Notes: generated by a model from the letters alone, not told the origin. 32,000 nt of DNA from Candidatus Methanoperedens sp. (GCA_041494705.1 JBGQBI010000002.1:330001-362000), one strand, 5' to 3'; counted from the first letter of the stretch, positions 1-10,159 are shown. Program-made: numbers and translations.

Positions 1-656
1 CGGCAGGCATGGCTGTGAACAATATATACAACCTCGGCTTGAGCGTGTATGACCTGGCAATAAAAGTGGGGAGAGGTGGAACAAGCGGCATCGGCGTGGC
101 TGCATTTGAAAAAGGCGGCTTCATACTCGATGGAGGGCATAAATTCAGCGAGAAAAAAGCGTTTCTTCCATCAGCGGCAAGCAAGCTTCCTCCTGCGCCT
201 GTTTTATTGAGAAAAGATTTCCCGAATTGGGATATCGTGGTTGCAATTCCAGAGCAGAAAGGGGCGTCAAGCAAAAAAGAGGTAAATATATTCAAGGAAA
301 AATGCCCTGTGCCGCTGCGGGAAGTGGAGAGGCTCTCACACCTTATCCTGATGCAGATGCTTCCTGCGCTAATAGAAGAAGATATCGTGACTTTCGGGAA
401 GAGCATCAACTCTGTCCAGGAGATTGGATTTAAGAAAAGGGAAGTTGAACTCCAGCCTGTTTCTTTAAAATTGATGGAGGCTTTGAGGGAAGGAGGAGCT
501 TACGGCGCAGGTATGAGCTCTTTCGGTCCAACAGTTTACGCATTCGGCGAGGATGCGGGGAACCTTGGGAAAATAGCAACGGAATTTCTCGTGGAGAAGG
601 GGTGGGTATTTACTACAAAGGCAAGGAACGAAGGCGCAAGAATAGAAAATTATTGA
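1..656 (+). CDS. beta-ribofuranosylaminobenzene 5'-phosphate (beta-RFAP) synthase-like GHMP-family protein, C-terminal ~215 aa; 5' end lies outside the window
   Basis: ORF 9..656 stays open in frame back to nt 3. It has glycine-rich GHMP-like stretches (GRGGTSGIGVAAFEKGGFILDGGH; GAYGAGMSSFGPTVYAF) as I recall them from methanopterin-pathway RFAP synthases. Family call is from memory only. Confidence 0.6.
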   Translation, partial: AGMAVNNIYNLGLSVYDLAIKVGRGGTSGIGVAAFEKGGFILDGGHKFSEKKAFLPSAASKLPPAPVLLRKDFPNWDIVVAIPEQKGASSKKEVNIFKEKCPVPLREVERLSHLILMQMLPALIEEDIVTFGKSINSVQEIGFKKREVELQPVSLKLMEALREGGAYGAGMSSFGPTVYAFGEDAGNLGKIATEFLVEKGWVFTTKARNEGARIENY

Positions 657-725
657 CTCAACATTTATCTATATTAGCAAATATGAATGATGAGAAATCT
701 TTGGTTTTTGAAGGAGCCTGAACTA

Positions 726-1973
726 ATGGTCGAATCAGAGGCACATAAAAAGTACGAATTCAAAAGGACTCTTGAGGTTCTGCGCAGCAAGCGCGGCAGA
801 GGTACGGAACTTATCTCGCTGTATATCCCTCACGACAAGCAGATACATGAAGTAGCCGCACAGCTAAGGGAAGAATTCGGCCAGGCGTCCAACATTAAAT
901 CAAGAGTGACAAGACAGAACGTGACGGGCGCAATCGAGTCGCTGCTTTCAAGGCTCAAGCTGATACCAAAAGCGCCGGAGAACGGCGTTGTGATTTTCTG
1001 CGGGGCAGTGGATATAGGCGCAAACAAAACCGATATGGAGACATACATAATCGAACCGCCTGACCCACTGGTGTCCTACAAGTACCACTGCGATTCATCA
1101 TTCCTGCTTACGCCGCTTGAAGATATGCTGCATGAGAAAAAGACCTACGGTCTCCTTGTTCTTGACAGGCGTGAGGCGACTGTTGGTGTGCTGCGCGGCA
1201 AGCACATCGAAGTAATGGCGCACCTCACTTCTAATGTCCCGGGAAAGCAGCGAAAAGGCGGCCAGAGTTCGCACAGGTTCCAGCAGCTTCGTCTCATTGC
1301 GATCAATGAATTCTATACCCGCATAGCTGACGCCGCAAGCGAAGTCTTCCTTGGGATTGACCAGAAGGATTTCGAAGGTGTTTTCATAGGCGGGCCATCA
1401 CCCACCAAAGAAGAATTCGAAAGCGGCGAATTCCTTCATCATGAGATACAGAAAAAAATCCTGGGTCTTTTTGATGTTGCTTATACTGATGAATCGGGTC
1501 TGAACGAGCTTTTTGATAAACTTGGCGAAGCCCTGCAGAATGTCGAGGTGGTGCAGGAGAAGAAAATCGCGGAGCGTTTCTTAAAAGAACTGGTAAACGA
1601 TACCGGTCTTGCCTCATACGGGGAAGAACAGGTCAGGAAGAACCTGCAGATGGGGTCTGTCGATACGCTTTTGCTTTCAGATCAACTCCGCAAAGTGCGC
1701 CTCACCATAAAATGCGGCAACTGTGATTTTGAGGAGAAGAAAACCATCACTAAAAAACTCGGGGATGAGGAATACCAGCCCGGTAATTGCAAGAAATGCG
1801 GGTCAAGTCTTAAAGTCGCAGAGTCCGTGGATATCGTGGAGGAGCTTTCAGCCATAGCAGACCAGATGGGAACGAACACTTCTTTCATTTCGAGTGATTT
1901 TGAGGAAGGGAACCAGCTTCTCACGGCTTTTGGCGGGATAGCGGCGATACTCCGGTTCAAGACAGGTGTATAA
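726..1973 (+). CDS. prf1: peptide chain release factor aRF1
   Basis: NIKS motif (QASNIKSRV) and GGQ motif (KQRKGGQSSHRF) are present. The C-terminal domain has a CxxC...CxxC mini zinc ribbon. The ORF opens at 687, but the Met at 726 (MVESEAHKKYEFKR) matches the usual aRF1 N-terminus. Confidence 0.93.
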   Translation: MVESEAHKKYEFKRTLEVLRSKRGRGTELISLYIPHDKQIHEVAAQLREEFGQASNIKSRVTRQNVTGAIESLLSRLKLIPKAPENGVVIFCGAVDIGANKTDMETYIIEPPDPLVSYKYHCDSSFLLTPLEDMLHEKKTYGLLVLDRREATVGVLRGKHIEVMAHLTSNVPGKQRKGGQSSHRFQQLRLIAINEFYTRIADAASEVFLGIDQKDFEGVFIGGPSPTKEEFESGEFLHHEIQKKILGLFDVAYTDESGLNELFDKLGEALQNVEVVQEKKIAERFLKELVNDTGLASYGEEQVRKNLQMGSVDTLLLSDQLRKVRLTIKCGNCDFEEKKTITKKLGDEEYQPGNCKKCGSSLKVAESVDIVEELSAIADQMGTNTSFISSDFEEGNQLLTAFGGIAAILRFKTGV

Positions 1974-1975
1974 GA

Positions 1976-2173
1976 TTATTTCTTTTGGACTGAGTATTTA
2001 ACAATTAAATCAACAGCGAGCCCATTCAAGGAGTCTTCGGCATCGCGCAGAGCCTCCTTTAAGTTTGCATTATCTATAATCTGCTGGATTTGCTCTTTTA
2101 TCCTGATATAGCGCACATATTCTTCAACCGTGAGCTGGTTTTCATTATTTGTTTCTGTCGAAATCGAACTCAT
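1976..2173 (-). CDS. small (65 aa) predicted all-helical hypothetical protein
   Basis: Intact ORF that fills the gap between aRF1 and the ftsZ-like gene. A TATA-like 'CATATAAA' lies ~20-25 nt upstream of the ATG on the minus strand, suggesting a leaderless transcript. No recognisable family. Confidence 0.4.
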   Translation of the reverse strand: MSSISTETNNENQLTVEEYVRYIRIKEQIQQIIDNANLKEALRDAEDSLNGLAVDLIVKYSVQKK

Positions 2174-2232
2174 CGTCCTCGGATGAGTTTATATGCGAAA
2201 GTTAGCAAAAAACGTATGTATTTGCTGTTAAA

Positions 2233-2273
2233 CAAAAAAAAGAAAAAACGTGTGATGTGAACTGTCACATCAC
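2233..2273 (-). terminator. hairpin plus oligo-T terminator downstream of the ftsZ-like gene
   Basis: Perfect 9-bp stem gtgatgtga/tcacatcac (2252..2273, 4-nt loop) starts 10 nt after the stop codon. On the minus strand it is followed by a T-rich run (A-run 2233..2248 on plus). Confidence 0.5.
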
Positions 2274-2283
2274 TTTTTAAACC

Positions 2284-3264
2284 TTACTGGCCTTCCATGA
2301 ATGGGCTCTTGACACCTGTCAAGACTGCCATTACACGTACTCTGCCAGTGAGCTGGTCATCGACTTTTGCTCCCCAGATAACTCTCTTTGTATTGGGGAC
2401 CTTGTCCATGATTAACTCGCCTGTGACCGCGACCTCTTCGAGTGTCAGGTCTTCGCCTCCTACAATGTGTATAAGCACACCGTATGTGGCAGACATGTCG
2501 GAGATATCAAGCAGCGGGACTGCAAGTGCCTGCGATACCGCTTTGGCTACCCTGTCCTCACCGTCGCCTTCACCAATGCCGATTGCGGATATTCCGCCGC
2601 GCTCCATGACTGCGCGAAGATCTGCGTAGTCAAGGTTGATCAAGCTTGGCTGGGTGATTGTCTCGGTAATGTTCTTGACGAATGCACCTACGAGGGCATT
2701 TGCAACAGCAAGTGCCTCTTTCAGCGGGAGATTGCCAGCTACTTCTCTTAACTTTGAGTTATCGATCACAATTGTTGAGTCGCAACTCTCTGAAAGTGCT
2801 TTTATGGCTTCTCTTGCTTTTTCTCTCCTGAACTGCTCAATCTTGAATGGAATCGTGACGCAGGCAATAGTAAGCGAGCCGCTTCCTCTTGTAATTTCTG
2901 CTACAACAGGTATTGCTCCCGTACCAGTTCCTCCGCCTAACCCGGCTACAAGGAAAACGAGGTTTGTTCCCTCTATTTCAGCTTTTATCTCTGCAAGATT
3001 TTCTTTGGTTGCCTGTGCACCCATTTCCGGATATCCACCGCACCCGTGTCCCTTGCATAATTTTTCACCGAGTAATATCAGCTTATCAGCCTTACTCATT
3101 GTACTCAGGTGATTTACATCAGTATTAGCTGCGATTATCCTTCCGCCTGCCATTCCTTTTTCCGCTATCCAAGTCGTAATATTGCATCCAGCACCACCAA
3201 GCCCGACCACGGCCACAGATGGTTTTGCTGTTTTTACAAGCTCTGCTAACTTTTCATTAACCAT
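2284..3264 (-). CDS. ftsZ: FtsZ-family tubulin-like GTPase (short, divergent paralogue, 326 aa)
   Basis: Tubulin signature GGGTGTG (LVAGLGGGTGTGAIPVVAE), N-terminal VAVVGLGGAGCN, and collinear with archaeal FtsZ through to ...VRVMAVLTGV. It lacks the usual N-terminal extension and C-terminal tail. T4-loop reads GHGCGGYPEMG. Confidence 0.85.
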   Translation of the reverse strand: MVNEKLAELVKTAKPSVAVVGLGGAGCNITTWIAEKGMAGGRIIAANTDVNHLSTMSKADKLILLGEKLCKGHGCGGYPEMGAQATKENLAEIKAEIEGTNLVFLVAGLGGGTGTGAIPVVAEITRGSGSLTIACVTIPFKIEQFRREKAREAIKALSESCDSTIVIDNSKLREVAGNLPLKEALAVANALVGAFVKNITETITQPSLINLDYADLRAVMERGGISAIGIGEGDGEDRVAKAVSQALAVPLLDISDMSATYGVLIHIVGGEDLTLEEVAVTGELIMDKVPNTKRVIWGAKVDDQLTGRVRVMAVLTGVKSPFMEGQ

Positions 3265-3367
3265 ATCATAGCCTCCTTTGACTAAAATTAAGGCTACTAT
3301 CTCTACATCTTTTTAGTATATAGATATTGTTGATAAGAAGGTGTGTAAAGAATAATCATGAACTTTT

Positions 3368-4777
3368 TTATTTCGGTTTAGGAGGCCAATTTTTCTCCAT
3401 CCACCCGGGAATGCGCCCCGAGTCCGGAGGGCCTATCATCACACGAAGTCCTGTCACATCTTCCACATCGCCCTGCAGCCTTGCTGCAAGACCCGGCAAA
3501 ATAAGTGTGCCATGAGATGTCTTATCCTTGAAATCAAAATTCGCTTTCTGGAAAGTATCTTTTATCTTGGCTGCCGTAAGCTGTCCGCCTGCAACTGCCG
3601 CTTCCACTCCTATCCCGTCGGTATCCACTGCCGCAAGATAGCAATTTATCTTGTTGGATGAAAGGTCGCTTTCCACAGTATAATATGTGAGAGCGAAATT
3701 GGTTGTGATTATCACTGGTGAATCTTTTGTTGGAGAACCTACCTCGTTCACTCCCGGCGCCACTTTCACCGGGGTTCGCGGGTCTGTGTAAATAGTGTCA
3801 CGAATGTGCACTTCAGGAAGCATCGCATACGGTTCAAGGCTGTGAAGAATCATGATGTCGCCATACCTCACAGTGAAAACCGAAGAAAGCACGGTTTCCC
3901 AGTAGGAAGCGGTGACCGCATCCTTATAGACAAGCCATGCATTGAGCGGAACTGCCATAATCGGGTACGCTATATCCTTTTGCCCTTCTTTTATCCCTGC
4001 ACGCCGAAGCATTATGAATTTCTCAAACGTCTCTTTTAGCTTCTTTCCCTGTGGATATGTTCCAGGGTCAAGCACAAGGTCTTTTATTCCCATTTCCCTG
4101 AACGACAGAGCAAGGGATTTTAGCTTATCAAGGTCTGGTGAAAACAATACTACCGGGACTTTATAATTCAAAGCCAGTTCTGCAACTTCGCCCCAGTTCT
4201 TTTCAGTTGCAGCGTATATCAGGGGATTTTTGTCCTTGACAACTTCAAGCGCAGCTTTTAACGCAGCGGGGTCAAATGAACAGAGTATCAGGGGAAGTTT
4301 TGTGGTTTCGCTTGCTTTCTTTACGGAGCCTGCGAATTTCAGGGGATCGCCTGAAACGCACCGTACTGCAACCATATCTACTTTCAGGAATTTCCCGACA
4401 TAGAATTTCCGGAAGTTCGTAATCTTGTTTATCCTCTCTACGAGTTCTGCTTCAGGCATCGTATCCCAGACGTCGTAGGCAAAAGCAGTCGGGTCGAAAA
4501 AGGTCAGTTGGTGGCGATAAAGAACATCGTCCCCGCCTATTCTTTTAGCATGTTCCCCGGTACCTATCGTGATTTCCCTGATTTCCGGCGCAAGGAGAGT
4601 CAGCAATTCTGTATATTTTTTCTTGTACTCGTCTTTAAGTATGGGCGGGCAGTCATCGAGCTTTTTTGACCTGTCGATGAGATGGGCTGCAAAAGCCATG
4701 CACGTTGCATCCCCGCATTCTGCGCAGTTTATCTGCGGGAGGTACTTATAGACCTGAAGCGGGCTGTTCAGTTTCAT
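3368..4777 (-). CDS. cdhE: acetyl-CoA decarbonylase/synthase gamma subunit (corrinoid Fe-S protein large subunit)
   Basis: 469 aa. N-terminus [37 protein letters not shown]...CPP is the characteristic [4Fe-4S] motif of CdhE/AcsC. Its start overlaps the cdhD stop (TAATG). Confidence 0.9.
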   Translation of the reverse strand: MKLNSPLQVYKYLPQINCAECGDATCMAFAAHLIDRSKKLDDCPPILKDEYKKKYTELLTLLAPEIREITIGTGEHAKRIGGDDVLYRHQLTFFDPTAFAYDVWDTMPEAELVERINKITNFRKFYVGKFLKVDMVAVRCVSGDPLKFAGSVKKASETTKLPLILCSFDPAALKAALEVVKDKNPLIYAATEKNWGEVAELALNYKVPVVLFSPDLDKLKSLALSFREMGIKDLVLDPGTYPQGKKLKETFEKFIMLRRAGIKEGQKDIAYPIMAVPLNAWLVYKDAVTASYWETVLSSVFTVRYGDIMILHSLEPYAMLPEVHIRDTIYTDPRTPVKVAPGVNEVGSPTKDSPVIITTNFALTYYTVESDLSSNKINCYLAAVDTDGIGVEAAVAGGQLTAAKIKDTFQKANFDFKDKTSHGTLILPGLAARLQGDVEDVTGLRVMIGPPDSGRIPGWMEKNWPPKPK

Positions 4778-6066
4778 TATAACACCGCCGCTACCCAGTT
4801 ATCGATATTCACCGGTTCGCTTTCCTTTCCGCCGTAAAGCGTCGATGTTATCTCCTTTAGCACCTGGACAGCGGTCGGGTGCATCATCATAAATAAATCG
4901 TTTCCCGCTAGCGATAATGTCAGTCCCGTGATAATCTCCCATATCGGGCCCCTGTACTCGCGCGGCCCCCAGTCCGAATCTTCCTTTAGCGGCGAGGAAA
5001 CCATCCAGGCTTCGCGCGCCCCCCATGCATTGGTGGTGCCGCTGGACATCGGGAAATTGAGTTCCATATCCCCAGACAATCCTGCCAGTCTTATTCTTTC
5101 CATATTCGTATAAGCGTAATCAAGCCCGTACCCAAGAGCCGCTGTCGTCGGGTCCATAATGATATTCTCGCGGGCTACGCCGCACTGTTTCATCAGTTTG
5201 CGGTTCAATTCTTTTTGCGCATTAATCTCAAGCTGCGTCCAGGAGAGCACAACGTGATTATATTTCTTGGCTGCTTCCGCGATTCGCGCATAATCAAGGT
5301 TCAAGCTTGCCGAAGCAAGTAAGCACCGCTCACCCTCGGCGACTTCTGCGGCTTTCTCCAGCACCGCAGGGTCTTTTTCAGGATTTCCCGAGCCGCCGAT
5401 GACGATAGGCACATCAACAGCCTGAAGGACTTCTTCCACCGTTTTTGCAGCCTCGGCAGGCGAGGTGTCCTTGATGTTAGGGTCTGTGCTTATGAGATGA
5501 ATCGTAACCATATCCGCCCCGAAGTCGCGAACTACTTTCTTTGCCCACTCTGCTGGGCTGTTGATTACATCTTCGTAGTTCGATTTGACCGCCTTTGCCA
5601 TGTTTATGGGCATATCAAAAACGTCCATGGTTATGTGATTGCGGTGAGGCATCGGGCCGTCAAAATAATATGGAAGAGCTGTTTCCCCGCCAAGCGTTAC
5701 TGTGCTTTTTCTCGTCCCGCCATCGGATGACGTTGCCCCGAGCACGACTTCCTGTATCGGGGTTTTCCATTCTTCTATTTTGCCCACGCTGAATCTGGAT
5801 TCAATCAACTTACTGAGCCTCGCAGGTTTTGCAGGTGCGGCTCCGAGCATCTGGTCAACGGGATAACCCAGAATCCTGGAAATATTCATCAAGTGAAGGG
5901 CGAGCTGGGCTGTCTCATGCCCCAACGCATAAGCCATCTGCGGGTTCATTCCCATTTGCCCAAGGTCTATCTCCACATCACCTTCTATCTTTACACCTTC
6001 AAGTGCCTGGACATCAAGGCCCCCGAACAGGTTTCCAAGTTCCGAGAGTTTAATCTTTTTAGTCAT
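4777..6066 (-). CDS. cdhD: acetyl-CoA decarbonylase/synthase delta subunit (corrinoid Fe-S protein small subunit)
   Basis: ~430 aa, directly upstream of and coupled to cdhE. N-terminus [25 protein letters not shown] resembles Methanosarcina CdhD as I recall it. The ORF opens at 6081, but the Met at 6066 is preferred. Confidence 0.85.
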   Translation of the reverse strand: MTKKIKLSELGNLFGGLDVQALEGVKIEGDVEIDLGQMGMNPQMAYALGHETAQLALHLMNISRILGYPVDQMLGAAPAKPARLSKLIESRFSVGKIEEWKTPIQEVVLGATSSDGGTRKSTVTLGGETALPYYFDGPMPHRNHITMDVFDMPINMAKAVKSNYEDVINSPAEWAKKVVRDFGADMVTIHLISTDPNIKDTSPAEAAKTVEEVLQAVDVPIVIGGSGNPEKDPAVLEKAAEVAEGERCLLASASLNLDYARIAEAAKKYNHVVLSWTQLEINAQKELNRKLMKQCGVARENIIMDPTTAALGYGLDYAYTNMERIRLAGLSGDMELNFPMSSGTTNAWGAREAWMVSSPLKEDSDWGPREYRGPIWEIITGLTLSLAGNDLFMMMHPTAVQVLKEITSTLYGGKESEPVNIDNWVAAVL

Positions 6067-6239
6067 ATTTACATATCCCATTTAGCACTATTAATCGTCC
6101 AAGATAGGAGTGGCTACATATATATTTTTATATTCAGGATTTGTAAACGTTAAGCATCGTATCACCAGTCTGTTGCCCGTTTCTGAGTTAATTATTTATA
6201 CTATCATAGCTATAGCCAACTTCCCCAAATAGAGGAAAA

Positions 6240-7580
6240 ATGCCTGAATATACACTGTTCTTAGGTTGCATCATCCCCGCCCGCTTTCCTTTCATGGAAA
6301 AATCAACACGGCTTGTCATGTCAAAACTCGGCTGCGTTCTCCACGACCTTGAAGGGGCGACCTGCTGCCCTACAAAAAGTATCATAAAGCCACTGGGCGA
6401 CATGACATGGTACGTGACGGCGGCAAGGAACCTCGCTTTAGCTGAGAAGGCTGGTCATAATTTGCTCGTACCCTGCAACGGCTGCTACAGCACCTTAAAA
6501 TCCGTTGAAGTCGAAATGAGGATAAATCCCGGTCTTCGGAAAGAGGTGAATACAATACTTTCCTCGGCTGGACTGGAATACAACGGAACCATTGAAGTAA
6601 AGCATCTCGTTGAAGTGCTGCATGATGAAATAGGCATACCGAAAATAAAGCAGCACATCAAGAAACCCTTTGATGGTATGAAGATTGCAGCGCACGCCGG
6701 ATGCCATATGCTCCGCCCAAGCTCTTCCATATTTTTTGACGATCCCAACAAGCCAAAGAAGTTCGATGCATTGATTGATGCCCTCGGGGCAAAGAGCATC
6801 GAATATGAAACAAAGATGCTGTGCTGCGGCGGTAACTTGAATGCTGCCGACGAACCTGAGGAAGCCACTGCCCTTGCACGCATGAAGCTCCTTGAGGTCG
6901 CAAAAAAAGCGGATGCGATTTCCCTCACATGCCCTTCCTGTTTTATGCAGTATGATTCACGCCAGTACCTCATGCAGAAAAGCGGGGAGAAATTAAATGT
7001 TCCAATTCTGTATTATCCCGAATTGCTCGGGCTTGCTATGGGTTTCACGGCAGAGGAGCTTGGCATGGATATGCACAGGATAGACGCTGCTGAATTCCTG
7101 TCGAAATGGGATTCAAGGTATAACTATCTTAAGGCGCTCAAAGAAGTATTCGACCTGCCCGCAATCCGGAAGTGCTATGAGTGCGGAGCCTGCGTAAACG
7201 ACTGCCCGGTTGTGAAGATAAACCCTGAATATAATCCCAACGAGATAATAGGAAAACTGCTTTCCGGAGAACTTGAGGCTGTAATTGAATCACATAACAT
7301 ATGGCGGTGTGTGGACTGCTATACATGTTATGAACTCTGCCCGCAGAAAATGGGCATGAATAAGATATTTGATAAATTAAAGCATATCGCTCTTGAGAAA
7401 GGAAAAGGACCGAAAGGCTTTGCAGCCAGCATCGAGATGTTCAAGAAGGATGGGAGATTGGGAGAGCCCACGTCTGTCAGGAAGAAATTGAAACTTCCAG
7501 AGCCGCCAAAAAGCGGGGCAGAGGAATTAAAAAAATTGTTAAATCATATTAATCAAAAAGGAGAAGAAAATGAAGTGTGA
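6240..7580 (+). CDS. heterodisulfide reductase HdrB-HdrC fusion-like iron-sulfur protein (two CCG domains plus 2x[4Fe-4S] ferredoxin domain)
   Basis: The N-terminal ~295 aa carry two CCG-type cysteine patterns (LGC...EGATCCP...CNGC; AGCHM...MLCCGG...CPSC). The C-terminal part has two CxxCxxCxxxCP motifs (CYECGACVNDCP, CVDCYTCYELCP). An SD-like 'agaggaaaa' sits before the ATG. Confidence 0.85.
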   Translation: MPEYTLFLGCIIPARFPFMEKSTRLVMSKLGCVLHDLEGATCCPTKSIIKPLGDMTWYVTAARNLALAEKAGHNLLVPCNGCYSTLKSVEVEMRINPGLRKEVNTILSSAGLEYNGTIEVKHLVEVLHDEIGIPKIKQHIKKPFDGMKIAAHAGCHMLRPSSSIFFDDPNKPKKFDALIDALGAKSIEYETKMLCCGGNLNAADEPEEATALARMKLLEVAKKADAISLTCPSCFMQYDSRQYLMQKSGEKLNVPILYYPELLGLAMGFTAEELGMDMHRIDAAEFLSKWDSRYNYLKALKEVFDLPAIRKCYECGACVNDCPVVKINPEYNPNEIIGKLLSGELEAVIESHNIWRCVDCYTCYELCPQKMGMNKIFDKLKHIALEKGKGPKGFAASIEMFKKDGRLGEPTSVRKKLKLPEPPKSGAEELKKLLNHINQKGEENEV

Positions 7581-8646
7581 CGGAATTCCATCAGGATGTG
7601 CAATATCCGGAATGATGAGTGAGCAAGGAAGACGCATTGACGGCAGGATTATAATAAAATCCATTGCCTGCATGCATGACCGCTCAAACGGGCTTGGCGG
7701 GGGGTTTGCAGCCTATGGTATTTATCCGAAACGAAAAGACATGTATGCTTTTCACATGATGTATAATAACATGGAAGCAAAAGAAGCCACAGAAGAGTTC
7801 TTCAAGGACTACTTTAATGTGGACAAGGACGAGCCTATACCCACACAAAGGGAAACTGGCATTTCAAATCCCCCCATACTCTGGCGCTATTTCCTTGAAG
7901 TGCCCGAGAACAAGCTTGAGTTCCTCACTGAGAGGGATTATGTCACGAATACCGTGATGAAAATCAATTCCGAGATAGAAGGGGCTTTTGTTGCATCAAG
8001 CGGCAAGAACATGGGCGCATTCAAAGGCGTGGGGTATCCTGAAGATATCGGCAGGTTCTACAAATTGGAAGATTACAGCGCGTACATCTGGACTGCCCAC
8101 GGCAGGTTCCCAACAAACACACCCGGCTGGTGGGGCGGCGCTCATCCGTTTACCCTGCTTGACTGGTCGGTGGTTCATAACGGCGAGATATCTTCATATG
8201 GCATCAACAAGCGTTACCTTGAGATGTTCGGCTATAAGCTTGAATTAAGGACCGACACCGAGGTTATCGCTTATCTGATTGACCTGCTCGTCCGGCGGCA
8301 TAAGCTTCCCATCGATAAAGCTATAATGTCCCTCGCATCCCCGTTCTGGAAAGATATAGACCGGATGGAACCGGAGCAAAAGAAAACCGCCACTATGCTG
8401 CGCCAGGTTTACGGAAGTACGCTTTTAAACGGGCCATTCAGCATAATCATAGGGCACAGCAATGGAATGATAGGATTGAACGACAGGATTAAGCTTCGCC
8501 CCATGACAGCAGCCCGAAAGGACGATATGCTATACATGGCCTCTGAAGAGTCGGCTATCAGGGAAATTGCTCCCGACCTTGATGAGGTGTGGAGCCCGAA
8601 AGCAGGCACGGCTGTAATAGGTACACTGAAAGCAGAGGTGGAATAA
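7570..8646 (+). CDS. archaeal glutamate synthase, class-II (Ntn) glutamine amidotransferase domain protein
   Basis: 358 aa with an N-terminal Cys region (SGCAISG), plus TAHGRFPTNT and VVHNGEISSYG motifs typical of the GltB amidotransferase domain. It overlaps the upstream gene by 11 nt, and 'aaaggag' precedes the ATG. Confidence 0.85.
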   Translation: MKCDGIPSGCAISGMMSEQGRRIDGRIIIKSIACMHDRSNGLGGGFAAYGIYPKRKDMYAFHMMYNNMEAKEATEEFFKDYFNVDKDEPIPTQRETGISNPPILWRYFLEVPENKLEFLTERDYVTNTVMKINSEIEGAFVASSGKNMGAFKGVGYPEDIGRFYKLEDYSAYIWTAHGRFPTNTPGWWGGAHPFTLLDWSVVHNGEISSYGINKRYLEMFGYKLELRTDTEVIAYLIDLLVRRHKLPIDKAIMSLASPFWKDIDRMEPEQKKTATMLRQVYGSTLLNGPFSIIIGHSNGMIGLNDRIKLRPMTAARKDDMLYMASEESAIREIAPDLDEVWSPKAGTAVIGTLKAEVE

Positions 8647-10145
8647 TGGAATCGCAACTTCCCGCAGAGTTTGTCGTGAACGTGGACCATGAGAAATGCC
8701 GCCGGTGCAAGCGATGTGTGATAAATTGCAGTTTTGGGGCGATTGAGTTCAAGGATAAGGTCACCCCGAATAACAGGCAGTGCGTGGCATGCCACAGATG
8801 CGCAACCTTCTGCCCCGAGAACGCTATAACCATTACTGAGAACCCGCTTGATTATAAGTACGGGTACAACTGGACGCCTGAAATAAGAAAGAACATATTA
8901 AAACAGGCCGAAAGCGGCGGCATCATCCTTACAGGTATGGGAAATCCCAAGCCATACCCCATCTACTGGGACCATATGCTGATAGATGCCTGCCAGGTGA
9001 CAAACCCGTCAATAGACCCGCTGCGCGAACCGATGGAACTGCGCACATATCTTGGCGCCAAGCCTGATAGCCTGGAATTCGATGAGAACGTGAGCCTGAA
9101 AACCGAACTTGCGCCGCAGGTGAAACTTGATATACCCATAGTGTTCGCGGCAATGTCATACGGCGCCATAAGCCTGAATGCCCACAAGGCCCTTGCCATG
9201 GCGGCAACGCGCATGGGAACGCTGATGAATACCGGTGAAGGCGGGTTGCATGAGGATATCGCGCCTTATGCTGACCGGATTATCGTGCAGGTCGCATCAG
9301 GACGATTCGGCGTGACGAGTAAATACCTGAACAGAAGCGCTGCGGTGGAAATAAAAATCGGGCAGGGTGCAAAACCCGGAATTGGCGGGCACCTGCCGGG
9401 TGAAAAGGTGGGAGAGGACATCTCTAAGACCCGAATGATACCCGTAGGAACCGATGCTTTATCTCCTGCACCTCATCACGACATATATTCAATAGAAGAC
9501 CTCTCGCAATTGATATATGCGATAAAAGAGGCTACCGATTATAAGAAACCCGTTTCGGTCAAGATAGCCGCAGTGCACAACGTAGCTGCCATCGCAAGCG
9601 GCATCGTGCGGGCGGGCGCGGATATTGTGATGCTTGACGGATTCCGTGGAGGGACAGGCGCGGCTCCCATGGTTATCAGGGACCATGTTGGAATACCCAT
9701 CGAACTTGCCCTTGCAGCTGTTGATGAAAGGCTGAGGCAGGAAGGGATACGCAACCGCGCTTCCATCCTTGTGGGAGGAAGCATAAGGCAGAGCGCCGAT
9801 GTTGTAAAAGCCATAGCGCTGGGCGCGGATGCCTGTGTCATCGGCACCGCTTCCCTTATAGCGATGGGTTGCAGGGTATGCCAGAAGTGCTATACCGGCA
9901 ACTGCGCATGGGGTATTGCGACGCAGAAGCCTGAGCTTGTACGCCGGCTGAACCCCGAAATTGCTGCTGACAGGCTGTGCAATCTTCTTACCGCATGGGG
10001 GCATGAGATACAGGAAGTGCTTGGTTCACTCGGCATCAATGCGATAGAGTCGTTGCGCGGAAGCAGGGAACGCCTGCGCGGCGTGGGGCTGAATCAGGAA
10101 GCGCTTGACATACTCGGGATCAAACATGCAGGAATAGGACAGTGA
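8646..10145 (+). CDS. gltB: archaeal glutamate synthase FMN-binding (GltB domain 2) protein with N-terminal 2x[4Fe-4S] ferredoxin domain
   Basis: Contains CRRCKRCVINC and CVACHRCATFCP, then the FMN/2-oxoglutarate domain (KIGQGAKPGIGGHLPG, SPAPHHDIYSIEDL, DGFRGGTGAAP). The ORF opens at 8589, but the Met at 8646 forms a TAATG overlap with the preceding stop. Confidence 0.9.
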   Translation: MESQLPAEFVVNVDHEKCRRCKRCVINCSFGAIEFKDKVTPNNRQCVACHRCATFCPENAITITENPLDYKYGYNWTPEIRKNILKQAESGGIILTGMGNPKPYPIYWDHMLIDACQVTNPSIDPLREPMELRTYLGAKPDSLEFDENVSLKTELAPQVKLDIPIVFAAMSYGAISLNAHKALAMAATRMGTLMNTGEGGLHEDIAPYADRIIVQVASGRFGVTSKYLNRSAAVEIKIGQGAKPGIGGHLPGEKVGEDISKTRMIPVGTDALSPAPHHDIYSIEDLSQLIYAIKEATDYKKPVSVKIAAVHNVAAIASGIVRAGADIVMLDGFRGGTGAAPMVIRDHVGIPIELALAAVDERLRQEGIRNRASILVGGSIRQSADVVKAIALGADACVIGTASLIAMGCRVCQKCYTGNCAWGIATQKPELVRRLNPEIAADRLCNLLTAWGHEIQEVLGSLGINAIESLRGSRERLRGVGLNQEALDILGIKHAGIGQ

Positions 10146-10159
10146 TTCGCATGAGTAAT

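Noticed and set aside
1709-1815. CxxC...CxxC mini zinc-ribbon insertion in the aRF1 C-terminal domain
   Set aside because: As far as I recall, Methanosarcina-type aRF1 proteins carry an equivalent insertion at this position. It is likely lineage-typical rather than novel.
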